NCBI RefSeq assembly: GCF_000009045.1
Contig: NC_000964.3
Location: 2,520,001 to 2,552,000, forward strand
From: Bacillus subtilis subsp. subtilis str. 168
GTDB lineage: Bacteria; Bacillota; Bacilli; Bacillales; Bacillaceae
Length of the DNA: 32,000 bases
Reading direction: 5' to 3'
Made by a program: the position numbers and the translations under genes. The stretch's first letter is position 1; each line of letters begins with the position of its first letter. The notes beneath the pieces are model-generated. The model searched no databases, was not told where the DNA came from, and worked only from the letters and a program-made list of their open reading frames with translations. Of this stretch, positions 1 to 9,925 are shown piece after piece.

Positions 1-382
1 GAAATCCGACGACAAGAACACCGACGGAATGAAGTTTTACACCGATTGATTGTCCGCCAGGTATAACTTTTAAATCAGGAAGAACATGCACTTTTGTTTT
101 TTTAATTGGAAATCCGGCAAGATCATATACCAATTCTGACTCACCTGATTTTTTGCCCGTCACCTTGATTTCATGCGGATCTTTCTTTACTGTAAACGCT
201 TCTGAGGATTCTGATGTCTGAGCGTTTACCGATAAACTCGTTTCAATCGCTTGTGTTTGGGTTTCAAATACTCTCATTTGCGTTGGAATCAGTAAATATT
301 CTTTTAGCGGTTTGCATAAACCTACACTTAATAACGAAACAAGGAGAATTAAACCTACTGCTTTTCTGATGTTATCGGGCAT
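1..382 (-). CDS. spoIVB: SpoIVB sporulation signalling serine peptidase, N-terminal 127 codons only (gene runs off the left edge)
   Basis: Absent from the ORF track because there is no in-window stop. Hand translation of the reverse strand from ATG 382..380 gives [50 protein letters not shown]...[24 protein letters not shown], open to position 1. This is a signal-anchor followed by the start of a PDZ domain. SD GGAGCGAGGAGAG lies upstream. Position downstream of recN matches B. subtilis. Confidence 0.9.
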
Positions 383-527
383 TCACTACTTCACTCTCCT
401 CGCTCCTATCCCACACCTTCTTTATGACTTGCTGCTACATCATTTAATTTTGCCTTCTGACGGCTTATTTATAACTGTCATATGAAGAAAAACATTGGAT
501 ATACTGATGAACGAATGGATGTGCACG
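383..527 (-). promoter_or_regulatory. spoIVB upstream/promoter region (forespore sigma-F/sigma-G control per literature); boxes not confidently placed
   Basis: 145-nt non-coding spacer between the recN terminator and the spoIVB ATG. I could not find a convincing GHATR-N18-CATXHTA match by eye, so only the region is called. Confidence 0.3.
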
Positions 528-559
528 AAAAAAATAAGCTGCGCTTCTCGCGCAGCTTA
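528..559 (-). terminator. Rho-independent terminator of recN
   Basis: Reverse strand reads UAAGCUGCGC-GAGAA-GCGCAGCUUA followed by UUUUUUU. The 10-bp perfect stem is 535..544 / 550..559, with the A-run on plus at 528..534. The recN TAA stop (557..559) is inside the stem. Confidence 0.85.
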
Positions 560-2287
560 CCCAGTTGTTTTGACTTGATCCGCTTGTTTTAAAAGTTCTT
601 TCGCATGGCGTTTCGTTAAGTCGGTTACTTCGACACCTGCAATCATGCGCCCGATTTCCGCTACCTTTTCCTGCTTAGAGAGCGGCTTGACACGTGTCGT
701 CGTTCTGCCGTCTTTTAACTCCTTCGCAATATAAAGATGCGTATCGGCCATGGCAGCCACCTGAGGCAGGTGTGTAATGCACAGCACTTGTGATCCTATT
801 GACACCTTATGGATCTTCTCAGCAATTGCCTGTGCGACCCTGCCGCTTACACCGGTATCAACCTCGTCAAAAATGATCGATGTCACATCCTGTTGTGAGG
901 AAAAAATGCTTTTTATGGCAAGCATCACCCGTGACAGCTCTCCACCTGAAGCGACTTTCGAAAGGGATTTCAGCGGCTCGCCTGTATTGGTTGAAATTAA
1001 AAACTTCACCAGGTCAATCCCTTGTTCAGTCAGCTGAACGGGCTGGCCGTTTACAAGCGGCGCCTCTTCATTGCGTGACGCTGTTCTGACCTTAAATTCC
1101 GTATCAAAAGTTGATTTTTCCATGTACAGGCTTTTTAATTCCCGATGAATCTCATCAGCCAGCTTTTTCGCCCATGTTTTTCGGATTTGTGACACATTTG
1201 CCGCTTCCACTGCGACATCTTTGCCGACGGAGTCAAGCTCCTTTTTCAAGCTTTGAAGGTGGCTGTCCCTGTTTTCAATTTGGTCAATCTCTTCTTCAAT
1301 TTTAGAAGCATATTCCAAAATGTCTTCAACAGTGGCACCGTATTTTCGTTTCAGCTGTTTGATTTCATTAAGTCGCGTCTCAATATAGTTCAGGCGTTCC
1401 GGATCAAATTCAAGCTCATCCAGCATATTTCTCATCTGAAATGTGGCATCCTCAAGCAAATAGTAGGAGTTCGAAACACTTTCAGACATTTTTTTCAGCG
1501 GTTCGTTTATATCAGATATATCTTCAAGCTGCGCTGATGCCATTCCAACCCAGTCCAATCCGCCCTGCTCACTGCGAAGCGCGTTATATGCATTTTGCAG
1601 CGACTCATATATCTTCTCAAAGTTTGAAATTTGCTGGCGCTCTTCTTGGAGCTGTTCATCTTCGTTAAGCTCAAGCTTTGCCGATTCGATTTCTTCGAGC
1701 TGAAATTGAATAAGATCAAGACGATGGGCCATTTCCTGTTCGCTTTCAGAAAGCTGCTTAAGCTTTTTGAGCAGCTTCACATACCGCTGGTACCCTTCCT
1801 GATACGTTTTGAGCGCGCTTTCCACTTCGGCCCCGGCAAACTTGTCCAAAAGCTGGAGATGATTTTCGTCTTCCATTAACAGCTGGTTATCGTGCTGCCC
1901 GTGAATATCTAATAAAAGCCTGCCGATCTCTCTTAGTGAAGCAATCGTGACAAGCTTGCCATTGACACGGCAAACGCTTTTCCCGCTCGTGCTGATATCC
2001 CTTCTCATGACGATCATTTCGTCTGAAACGTCGATTCCCTGCTCAGCGCATACGCCTAAAACAGGATGGCCGCTCTCCAACAGAAACAGCCCTTCAAGTT
2101 CGGCTTTTGCTTCCCCATATCTAACAAATTCAGATGATCCGCGGCCTCCGACTAAAAGAGAAATGGCATCTATGATGATGGATTTGCCGGCTCCGGTTTC
2201 TCCTGTTAAAACCGTAAGCCCGCGTTCAAAAGAAACCGTCAGTTCCTCAATAATGGCAAAGTTTTTAATCGATAGTTCAGCTAACAA
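557..2287 (-). CDS. recN: DNA repair protein RecN (SMC-like ATPase)
   Basis: 576 aa. N-terminal Walker A GETGAGKS, long coiled-coil middle, C-terminal signature ASGGELSR and Walker B IIFDEVD. Confidence 0.97.
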   Translation of the reverse strand: MLAELSIKNFAIIEELTVSFERGLTVLTGETGAGKSIIIDAISLLVGGRGSSEFVRYGEAKAELEGLFLLESGHPVLGVCAEQGIDVSDEMIVMRRDISTSGKSVCRVNGKLVTIASLREIGRLLLDIHGQHDNQLLMEDENHLQLLDKFAGAEVESALKTYQEGYQRYVKLLKKLKQLSESEQEMAHRLDLIQFQLEEIESAKLELNEDEQLQEERQQISNFEKIYESLQNAYNALRSEQGGLDWVGMASAQLEDISDINEPLKKMSESVSNSYYLLEDATFQMRNMLDELEFDPERLNYIETRLNEIKQLKRKYGATVEDILEYASKIEEEIDQIENRDSHLQSLKKELDSVGKDVAVEAANVSQIRKTWAKKLADEIHRELKSLYMEKSTFDTEFKVRTASRNEEAPLVNGQPVQLTEQGIDLVKFLISTNTGEPLKSLSKVASGGELSRVMLAIKSIFSSQQDVTSIIFDEVDTGVSGRVAQAIAEKIHKVSIGSQVLCITHLPQVAAMADTHLYIAKELKDGRTTTRVKPLSKQEKVAEIGRMIAGVEVTDLTKRHAKELLKQADQVKTTG

Positions 2288-2323
2288 ACAGCATTACACC
2301 TCTTATCTTTGTTAGATTTTCTG

Positions 2324-2773
2324 TTACAGCAGTTCAAGGAGCCTGTTTTTTACGCCTTCTGTATCTTCAGGAGTCCGGCAAATAATTAAAATCGTATCAT
2401 CTCCGCAAATGGTCCCCATCATTTCATCCCAGTCCAAATTGTCCATCAGCGCCCCGATTGCCTGGGCATTGCCCGGCATCGTTTTCAGCACAATCATATG
2501 GCTTGCTGAGTCTATTTTCACAAATGCGTCCATCAATGCCCGCTTTAGCTTTGACAGCGGATTGAAACGCTGGTCCGCCGGAAGACTGTATTTGTAAGAA
2601 CCATTATTTGTAGGCACTTTTACAAGGTGAAGTTCTTTAATATCCCGTGATACCGTGGCCTGCGTTACTTTGTATCCATCCTGCTTTAGCATGTCGACCA
2701 ATTCATCCTGCGTTTCGATTTCATTGCTTGTAATGATCTCTCTGATTTTAATATGCCTCTGGCCTTTGTTCAT
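2324..2773 (-). CDS. ahrC: Arginine repressor AhrC/ArgR
   Basis: 149 aa. N-terminal winged-helix ([12 protein letters not shown]) and C-terminal arginine-binding oligomerisation motif GTICGDDT. Confidence 0.96.
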   Translation of the reverse strand: MNKGQRHIKIREIITSNEIETQDELVDMLKQDGYKVTQATVSRDIKELHLVKVPTNNGSYKYSLPADQRFNPLSKLKRALMDAFVKIDSASHMIVLKTMPGNAQAIGALMDNLDWDEMMGTICGDDTILIICRTPEDTEGVKNRLLELL

Positions 2774-2846
2774 GTAAGCACCTCTATTTCCAAGCTTATC
2801 TGTTCTTTTATGTTATATGATTCTCTGCACATTGTACATGAATGCA

Positions 2847-2877
2847 GAAAAAAGGAATAATAGCGCCCTATTATTCC
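2847..2877 (-). terminator. Rho-independent terminator after yqxC
   Basis: Reverse strand reads GGAAUAAUA-GGGCGC-UAUUAUUCC followed by UUUUUUC. Stem is 2854..2862 / 2869..2877. The yqxC TAA (2871..2873) lies in the stem. Confidence 0.8.
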
Positions 2878-3716
2878 GGTACATCTGCTTTTTTTTCTTT
2901 TAACGTCTTATGTGCTTCTTCTACAACGCGCATGATCTCTTCTTCCGGCAGTTCCTGGCCTTCCTGTCCCTCTCCCGGCCAATGCAAATGAAGGAGAAAC
3001 TCAATATTTCCGTCTCCTCCCGTGATTGGAGAAAATGACAAGCCTTTACAGATATAGCCTTCAGCGGCAGAAAAACTGATCATTCGCTTGAGCACATCAG
3101 CATGCACTTTAGGATCTCTAACAATCCCTTTTTTGCCGACGGATTCCCGTCCCGCTTCAAACTGAGGCTTAACTAAAGCCATGCAGTCGCTGCCCGGTAC
3201 GAGCAAAGTCCTTAGGACAGGCAGGATGAGCCGCAGTGAAATAAAGGACACATCAATTGTGGCAAACTCCGGCATGCCCTTTGTAAAGTCTGCCGGTGTT
3301 GCATAACGAAAGTTCGTCCGTTCCATCACGACGACCCGTTCATCCTGTCTAAGCTTCCATGCAAGCTGATTATAGCCTACATCCACAGCGTATGACTGTT
3401 TAGCTCCATTTTGCAAAGCGCAGTCCGTAAAACCGCCGGTGGAGGAGCCAATATCAATCATAATTTTATCTTTGACAGAGACGGGAAATTCCTTCAACGC
3501 TTTTTCGAGCTTTAAGCCGCCCCTGCTCACATACCTCAGCGGGTTTCCTTTGACAGTTAACGGAAGGTCGCGGTCAATTTTTTCTCCAGGCTTGTCCAAG
3601 CGGTTTTCGTTTGAATAGACGATCCCCGCCATAATGGCTCTTTTGGCTTTTTCACGCGTTTCCGCCAGCCCTCTTTCCACTAATAATACATCTAATCGTT
3701 CTTTCTTTGACGTCAT
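2871..3716 (-). CDS. yqxC: TlyA/FtsJ-family RNA 2'-O-ribose methyltransferase with N-terminal S4 domain
   Basis: 281 aa. S4-like [11 protein letters not shown] segment and SAM-binding [11 protein letters not shown] motif. ATGA start/stop overlap with dxs. Confidence 0.93.
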
Positions 3717-5614
3717 GATCCAATTCCTTTGTGTGTCTTTGGTGGCATCAGTAATCTAATACGATTTGCCACCTGCTGTTTTGTCAGTCCAATTTCCTCA
3801 AGAAGCGCTGTTACACTTCCGTGTTCAATAAACCGATCAGGTATACCCATTCTGTCAATCGGAGTATGATATTCACCTTGATCATGAGCGAATTCTAAAA
3901 TCGAGCTTCCGAAACCGCCTTCTAAGACCGCTTCTTCAATTGTTAAAATTGGCAAGCCTTCTTTTAGGATACTCTTCATCATCTTTTCATCAATCGGCTT
4001 AATAAAACGCGCATTCACAACGCGCACGGAAAGGCCTTCTTTCTGCAGCTCTTCGGCTGCTTCAATCGCCATTTCGATTGTTGTGCCGAATGTTAAGATG
4101 ACAGCATCGTTCCCTGGACGCAGCACCTCCCACGTACCGATCGGAATCGTTTTCAACTGTTCATCCATTTTTACGCCGAGTCCGTTTCCGCGCGGAAAAC
4201 GCATTGCTATCGGGCCTTCGTCATAGCTAAGTGCTGTATGAACCATGTGCTGGCCTTCATTTTCGTCTTTCGGCATCATTAAGACCATGTTTGGAATGTG
4301 GCGCATAAACGCAATATCAAACACGCCTTGATGTGTCTCTCCATCAGCGCCAACGAGTCCAGCACGGTCAATTCCAATAAACACATTAGCGTTTTGGCGG
4401 CAGATGTCATGAACAACTTGGTCATATGCCCTTTGCAGGAAGGTTGAGTAAATCGCCAAAAACGGCTTCATACCCTGCATTGCCATAGCTGCAGCCATTG
4501 TTGCGGCATGCTGTTCTGCGATTCCTACGTCGAACATCCGGTCAGGGAATTCCTTTGCGAAGCCTTCAAGCTTTGAACCGACAGGCATAGCCGGCGTAAT
4601 GGCTACAATGCGTCCGTCCTCGCGCGCCATTCGCTGCACAGTTCCGCTGACAAGACCGCTCCACGAAGGAGCTGCGGCTTTCGGCTTTACAAAGTCACCG
4701 GTATTAATTTTATATGGTCCGGTACCATGCCATGTCCCAATCGTATCGGTCTCAGCCGGTTTGTACCCCTTCCCTTTTTTCGTAATGACGTGCAGAAGAA
4801 CAGGGCCTTTCGTTTTTTTGGCGTATTGAAGATTCTCAATCAGCTCATGATAAGAATGTCCGTCCACTGGGCCCAAATACGTAAAACCGAGCTCCTCGAA
4901 AAACATTCCGGAGACGAGCATGTATTTCAGGCTGTCTTTGACCCGTTCCGCCGTGGCGGCAAGCTTGCCCCCAACTGCCGGAATCTTTTTAAATAAGTAT
5001 TCAAGCTCATCTTTGACCCACTGGTATTTCCCCGCAGTGCGGAGCCGTCCGAGCATAGAGTGAATGGCACCGACGTTTGGCGCAATACTCATTTCATTAT
5101 CATTAAGGATGACAATCATGTCTTTTTTCTCGTCGCCGATGTGGTTAAGGGCTTCGAGCGCCATACCGCCGGTCAGCGCGCCGTCACCAATGATCGGAAT
5201 AATATATTCATCCGTTCCTTTAATATCACGGGCAGCTGCCATTCCCATCGCGCCTGACAGAGAAGTCGAGCTGTGCCCGGTTTCCCAAACATCGTGCTCG
5301 CTTTCACTCCGCTTTGGAAATCCGCAAAGCCCTTTGTACTGGCGAAGCGTCGCAAATTCTTTTCCGCGTCCTGTCAGCAGCTTATGGACATACGACTGAT
5401 GGCCTACATCCCATAAAAATTTGTCTTTCGGGCTGTTAAATTCCTTATGCAGGGCAACAGTAAGCTCTACGACACCTAAGTTTGGGCCGATGTGGCCGCC
5501 GGAAGCGGATAAACTTGTAATTAAAAACTGACGGATTTCATCACTTAATTTCTCTAATTCATCAATGGACATGTTTTTTAAAAACGACGGGTCCTGTATT
5601 GATAAAAGATCCAA
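3713..5614 (-). CDS. dxs: 1-deoxy-D-xylulose-5-phosphate synthase
   Basis: 633 aa. Thiamine-diphosphate motif [15 protein letters not shown]...NDN and transketolase-like middle and C-terminal domains. The start codon is TTG (plus caa at 5612..5614). Confidence 0.97.
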
Positions 5615-5746
5615 AGCGGATCAACTCACTTTCAGCATGAATTTCTGCAATGATACATGTCTTTTGCATGCCGAGCTGACAATAATCTCAGACATAAAAA
5701 AAGACAAACGCGCTTTTCCTTTTCATTTTTCATATAAACTGCTTAC

Positions 5747-5776
5747 ATTTTACCATACCTCGTGCAGCCGCTTCAA
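5747..5776 (-). promoter_or_regulatory. Candidate sigma-A promoter for dxs (extended -10)
   Basis: Reverse strand reads TTGAAG-N18-TAAAAT with TGg immediately upstream of the -10 hexamer. It sits just downstream of the ispA stop. Confidence 0.5.
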
Positions 5777-5788
5777 ATTAGGATCGTT

Positions 5789-6679
5789 TTAGTGATCTCT
5801 TGCCGCAATTAAATCACAAAGCTCATATAAAAGGTCTTTTTGAAGAGAGAGTCCGCCGATCAATCGCTTCGCCTCTTTTATATGAACATCCAATTTATGT
5901 TTGGCCCCTTCCAATGAAAGAAGCGACGGGTATGTCGATTTGTCATTTGTGGTATCCGAGCCGACACGTTTGCCGATTTTCTCTTCACTGCCTTCTAAAT
6001 CTAAAATATCGTCTCTGATTTGAAATCCGATTCCAATGTGGCTGCTGAAGGTACGCAGTGTTTCAATGTCTTCCTCAGGCGCATCAGCCAAAATAGCACC
6101 GGCGATTACACAAAAGCCAAGGAGCTTGGCAGTTTTCCGTTCATGAATGGATTCGAGCTCTTCAAGCGTGACTTGTCGGTTTTCCGCTTCCATATCAGCT
6201 ACTTGCCCACCGACCATGCCTTCGGTGCCTGCCGCTGAAATCAGTTCATTCACAAGCCGCAGGCGCTTTTCTGCTGACACCTCGTCTGACACGTGGGAGG
6301 TAATCAGCTTAAAGCTTTCTGTGAGCAGCCCGTCACCCGCTAATACTGCCGTCGCTTCACCAAACACTTTATGGTTTGTCGGCTTCCCGCGGCGCAAATC
6401 GTCATCATCCATGCATGGAAGATCATCATGAATTAACGAATACGTGTGAATCATTTCGACAGCACAGCCCACCGGAATGCCGTCTTTTTCGCTTTTTCCA
6501 TATGCATTTAAAACAGCCAGTACAATCAGAGGCCGCAACCGCTTTCCGCCGGCCTGTAGAGAATATAGCATAGATTTCTTTAATGAGTCCGGCATATCAA
6601 GCTTTTCTGTATAGACAGAAAGCTGATTTTCAATTGTTTTTTTCCGGTCCGCCAGAAAGCTCGTTAATTTATTTGTCAC
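5789..6679 (-). CDS. ispA: Farnesyl diphosphate synthase (polyprenyl synthetase)
   Basis: First aspartate-rich motif [14 protein letters not shown] and second [10 protein letters not shown] prefer the GTG start at 6679 (296 aa) because GGAGGA lies 8 nt upstream of it. The ORF-track ATG at 6700 has that SD inside its own coding sequence. Confidence 0.93.
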
Positions 6680-6923
6680 CTTCGTCTTCCTCCTGAACAC
6701 TGAAAGGTGCCAGTTCGCCGTCTTCTTTTAAAATGAAGTCCATTTGCTTTTCGACTTTTTGCAGCTTTTCATGGCACATTTTTGACAGAGCCATGCCTTC
6801 TTGGAAATAGTTAATGGCTTGCTCTAGAGGCACATCTCCCTCTTCAAGCTTTGATACAATGCTCTCAAGCCCTTTCATCGCTTCTTCAAATGTCATGTTT
6901 TCATTTTTTTTCACGTCTGTCAT
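6669..6923 (-). CDS. xseB: Exodeoxyribonuclease VII small subunit
   Basis: 84-aa helical protein. ATGA overlap with the xseA stop. The 3' end overlaps the ispA GTG start by 11 nt. Confidence 0.93.
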
Positions 6924-8266
6924 TTTTCTTCCCCTCTCTTTTCTAATACTTCACAGGTCAGCACGCCATCCTTCAGCTTGATTTCAAGCCGGTCCTGCTC
7001 TTCTATTTGACTGACACTTTTAATGAGTTTATCTTCTTTATAAGCCAAGCTGTATCCTCTTTCCATCACTTGAAGAGGACTTAGTGCATTCAGCTTGCCA
7101 AGAACGGTTTGAAATTGGGAATGCAGCTGCTTCATTTGGATATTCATATTTTTTCTCAGCTGATTTGTTTGTTCCTGGTATCGTGTTCTCGCTTGTTTCA
7201 GCTGTTCATGAGGATGCAATGCCTCTAATCTGTACGTTTCACGCTCCAGCTGTCTGCTTTTCCGATCTAAAAGAGCGGTCAGCTGTGCTTGAAACTGCTG
7301 GTACGCGAGGTCAAACTGCTGCTCTTTTTGCGCATACAAACGCTTTGGAAAACGAAAGGCATAGGACGATTGCAGCGTTTGTATCCGTTCTTTTTTCTGG
7401 CCGAGATGCTGCTGCATTGCTCTTGTCATTCTGACTTCCGCTGTTTTTGTCCGTTCGATTAAATCAGTGGTATGAGGCACAGCAATCTCAGCTGCTCCTG
7501 TCGGCGTCGCAGCTCTGATATCGGCGACAAAATCACTAATCGTAAAATCCGTCTCATGTCCGACTGCCGATATAATCGGAATATTGGAAGCAAAGATGGC
7601 GCGTGCTACAATTTCTTCATTGAATGCCCACAGTTCTTCTATCGAACCGCCGCCTCTCCCGACAATTAATACGTCGCAAATCTCTTTTTCATTTGCCTCT
7701 TCAATGCGCGTAACGATGGATCTGCTCGCATTTTCACCTTGTACGAGCGCTGGAAGAACAATGACTTTTACAAGGGGATATCTTCTTTTTAGAGTTGTAA
7801 TAACGTCTCTGACAGCGGCACCCGTTGGAGATGTCACAACCCCGATTGTGGCTGGAAATGCGGGGATTTGTTTTTTGTAGCGGTCGTCAAATAAACCTTC
7901 TCCGGCAAGCTTCTTTTTTAATTCTTCGTACGCTAAATAAAGCGCTCCAACCCCGTCAGGCTGCATTTCTTTGGCATATAATTGATAGTTTCCGCTCGGT
8001 TCATATACGGAAATTCCGCCTCTGACCAGCACTTTCATTCCGTTTTCAGGTTTAAAAGGCAGACGCTCGCTTTGTCTCGCGAACATCACCGACTGCATTC
8101 TTGCGTTTTCGTCTTTTAAAGTGAAATAAATATGCCCTCGTGTGTGTATCTTTACATTCGACAATTCGCCTTTAATCCAAATATTTTCAAGGTGAGGATC
8201 TACATCGAATTTTCGTTTTATATACTTTGTCAGCGCTGAGACGGTCACATACGCTGCTTCACCCAT
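6920..8266 (-). CDS. xseA: Exodeoxyribonuclease VII large subunit
   Basis: OB-fold N-terminus, catalytic core and coiled-coil C-terminus. The start is set to ATG 8266 (448 aa), which is preceded by AGGAGAGGAG-N9. The ORF-track start at 8302 has no SD. Confidence 0.93.
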
Positions 8267-8305
8267 GTCTAAAAACTCCTCTCCTAAGCATTCCTGCACC
8301 ATAAC

Positions 8306-8348
8306 TAAAGAAAACCCGCCCTGGCTTTAGGAGCCTGAAGAAGCGGGT
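8306..8348 (-). terminator. Probable terminator/attenuator between folD and xseA
   Basis: Reverse strand reads ACCCGC...(inner GGCU-CCUAA-AGCC hairpin)...GGCGGGU followed by UUUCUUU. The stem is interrupted, so it is likely leaky. Confidence 0.45.
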
Positions 8349-8403
8349 ATCGTGCTCATATTCAAGGCGGGTAAACATTTCGCCTGTGAATATCTCCAAT
8401 TAT

Positions 8404-9255
8404 CTATGATAACGTACGTTTCGCAGATTTAACAGTATTATGCGCAAGCATCGTGATGGTCATCGGACCTACTCCGCCCGGAACCGGCGTTATGAAGGAC
8501 GCTTTTTCCTTTGCCCCTTCAAATTCAACGTCTCCGCAAAGCTTTCCGTTTTCCAGACGGTTAACGCCGACGTCAATGACAACAGCGCCCTCTTTGATCT
8601 GGTCTGCACTGATGAAGTTGGCTCTGCCGACTGCCACCACCAGGATGTCCGCTTTTTTCGTATGTTCAGTAATATTTTCTGTTCTTGAATGACAGTAAGT
8701 AACCGTCGCGTTTTCATTTAATAAAAGCTGGCCGACAGGTTTGCCGACAATGTTGCTTCGGCCGACTACAACAACCTCTTTACCGGAAAGGTCAATATTG
8801 GTTTTCTTCAAAAGCTCAACAATTCCATGAGGCGTGCAAGGAAGAAACGTATCTTCGCCAAGCAGCATTTTCCCTACGTTTAACGGATGAAAACCGTCTA
8901 CATCTTTATCAGGGGAGATACGTTCGATCACCGCTTTTTCAGAAATATGGTCTGGGAGCGGAAGCTGAACGAGAATGCCATGAAACTCAGGGTCTTGGTT
9001 ATATTGATCAATAATGGAAAGCAGTTCAGCTTCTGTGAGGCTGCTGTCAAATTGATCGAGCTTGAAATTCATTCCCATTGTTTCTGCCGCTTTTTTCTTT
9101 CCTCGCACGTAAGAGTGAGAAGCAGGATCATCTCCAATCAAAATAACCGCCAGTCCGGGAGTGACGCCTTGCTTTTTAAGCTCTTCTACCTCTTTTGCCA
9201 ATTGTTCGCGTTTTTCTCTAGCCGTTTCTTTTCCGTCGATGATTGTTGCAGTCAT
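8404..9255 (-). CDS. folD: Bifunctional methylenetetrahydrofolate dehydrogenase/methenyl-THF cyclohydrolase
   Basis: 283 aa. NADP-binding [10 protein letters not shown] and C-terminal [10 protein letters not shown] motifs. Confidence 0.97.
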   Translation of the reverse strand: MTATIIDGKETAREKREQLAKEVEELKKQGVTPGLAVILIGDDPASHSYVRGKKKAAETMGMNFKLDQFDSSLTEAELLSIIDQYNQDPEFHGILVQLPLPDHISEKAVIERISPDKDVDGFHPLNVGKMLLGEDTFLPCTPHGIVELLKKTNIDLSGKEVVVVGRSNIVGKPVGQLLLNENATVTYCHSRTENITEHTKKADILVVAVGRANFISADQIKEGAVVIDVGVNRLENGKLCGDVEFEGAKEKASFITPVPGGVGPMTITMLAHNTVKSAKRTLS

Positions 9256-9266
9256 TTTCTTTCCTC

Positions 9267-9662
9267 CTATGATTGTTCAATATCAGATTTAATGTTAGAA
9301 AGAACCCCGTTTACAAACTTTGTCGCTTTGTCATCACCAAACCGTTTTGCCAGCTCAATCGCTTCGTTCATGGAGACATTCACCGGAATGTCTTCGGCAT
9401 ATGCCATTTCATATGCTGCCAGGCGCAAAATCGCACGGTCAACATTGGCAATCCGATCGAGCTTCCAATTCACCAGATGCTTGGAGATCATTTCATCCAG
9501 CTGGTCTTGGTGTTCCAATACCCCGTGTACAAGCTGTTCAAAGAAAGGATCTGTTTTTTCTTCATCCAGTGCGTGTTCTATGGCTTCATTCACTGCAATA
9601 TCGCTGACATCAATTTGAAATAGTGCCTGCAAAGCTTTTTCTCTTGCTGTTCTTCTTTTCAT
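9267..9662 (-). CDS. nusB: Transcription antitermination factor NusB
   Basis: 131-aa all-helical protein with N-terminus [16 protein letters not shown], typical of NusB. Confidence 0.96.
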
Positions 9663-9713
9663 TTTCTTTCTCCTTTGATCCTCTTTATCCGCTTGTCGTT
9701 AAGCCACAAAGAG

Positions 9714-9742
9714 ATCATAACATATTTTTTTCGTATCCGCAT
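9714..9742 (-). promoter_or_regulatory. Weak candidate promoter for nusB-folD (extended -10 only)
   Basis: Reverse strand reads TGtTATGAT (hexamer at plus 9714..9719) preceded by an A-tract. The -35 position reads ATGCGG, which is poor. Confidence 0.3.
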
Positions 9743-9879
9743 ATTGAAATCAAGGTTTTTTTACCCTATTACCGAATATTTTCACACACCTTAATATGAT
9801 TATTCGGATTTCACGTTCATGAAGAAACTCGGCTATGTAAGCCGGCTTTCTTCATGCTTTGAAATAAAGGGTAACGTGT

Positions 9880-9910
9880 AAAAAAACCAAAGGGCCGCCC
9901 TCCCCTTGGT
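9880..9910 (-). terminator. Rho-independent terminator after yqhY (end of the accB-accC-yqhY unit)
   Basis: Reverse strand reads ACCAAGGGG-AGGGCGG-CCCUUUGGU followed by UUUUUUU. The 9-bp stem includes one G-U pair that exists only in the minus-strand RNA. Confidence 0.8.
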
Positions 9911-9925
9911 TTCGTGTTAAGCCAT

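Noticed and set aside
383-527. GTATA-N15-CATATGA and CATAAAG motifs as sigma-F/sigma-G boxes for spoIVB
   Set aside because: The spacing and the -10 matches do not fit the forespore sigma consensus well enough. Only the region is annotated, at low confidence.
2826-2846. Partial palindrome TGCACATTGTACATGAATGCA containing CATGAAT, reminiscent of an AhrC/ArgR operator half-site, upstream of ahrC
   Set aside because: There is only one half-site-like heptamer, and the symmetry axes of the TGCA ends and the TGTACA core do not coincide. My recollection of the ARC-box consensus is imprecise. This is not enough to claim autoregulation.
6680-6700. Longer N-terminal extensions offered by the ORF track for ispA, xseA, spoIIIAG, yqhV, efp, yqhR, yqhP, mntR and gcvPB
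   Set aside because: In each case the upstream start lacks a Shine-Dalgarno sequence. The internal start sits 4-10 nt after a GGAGG-like element that the longer ORF would have to translate through. The shorter lengths also match the B. subtilis proteins as I remember them.
8887-9618. 243-aa plus-strand ORF, the longest unassigned ORF in the track
   Set aside because: It runs antisense across both folD and nusB and spans their intergenic gap. It has no SD or promoter and gives a low-complexity S/F/C-rich translation with no recognisable motifs. This is the typical shadow frame opposite real genes.
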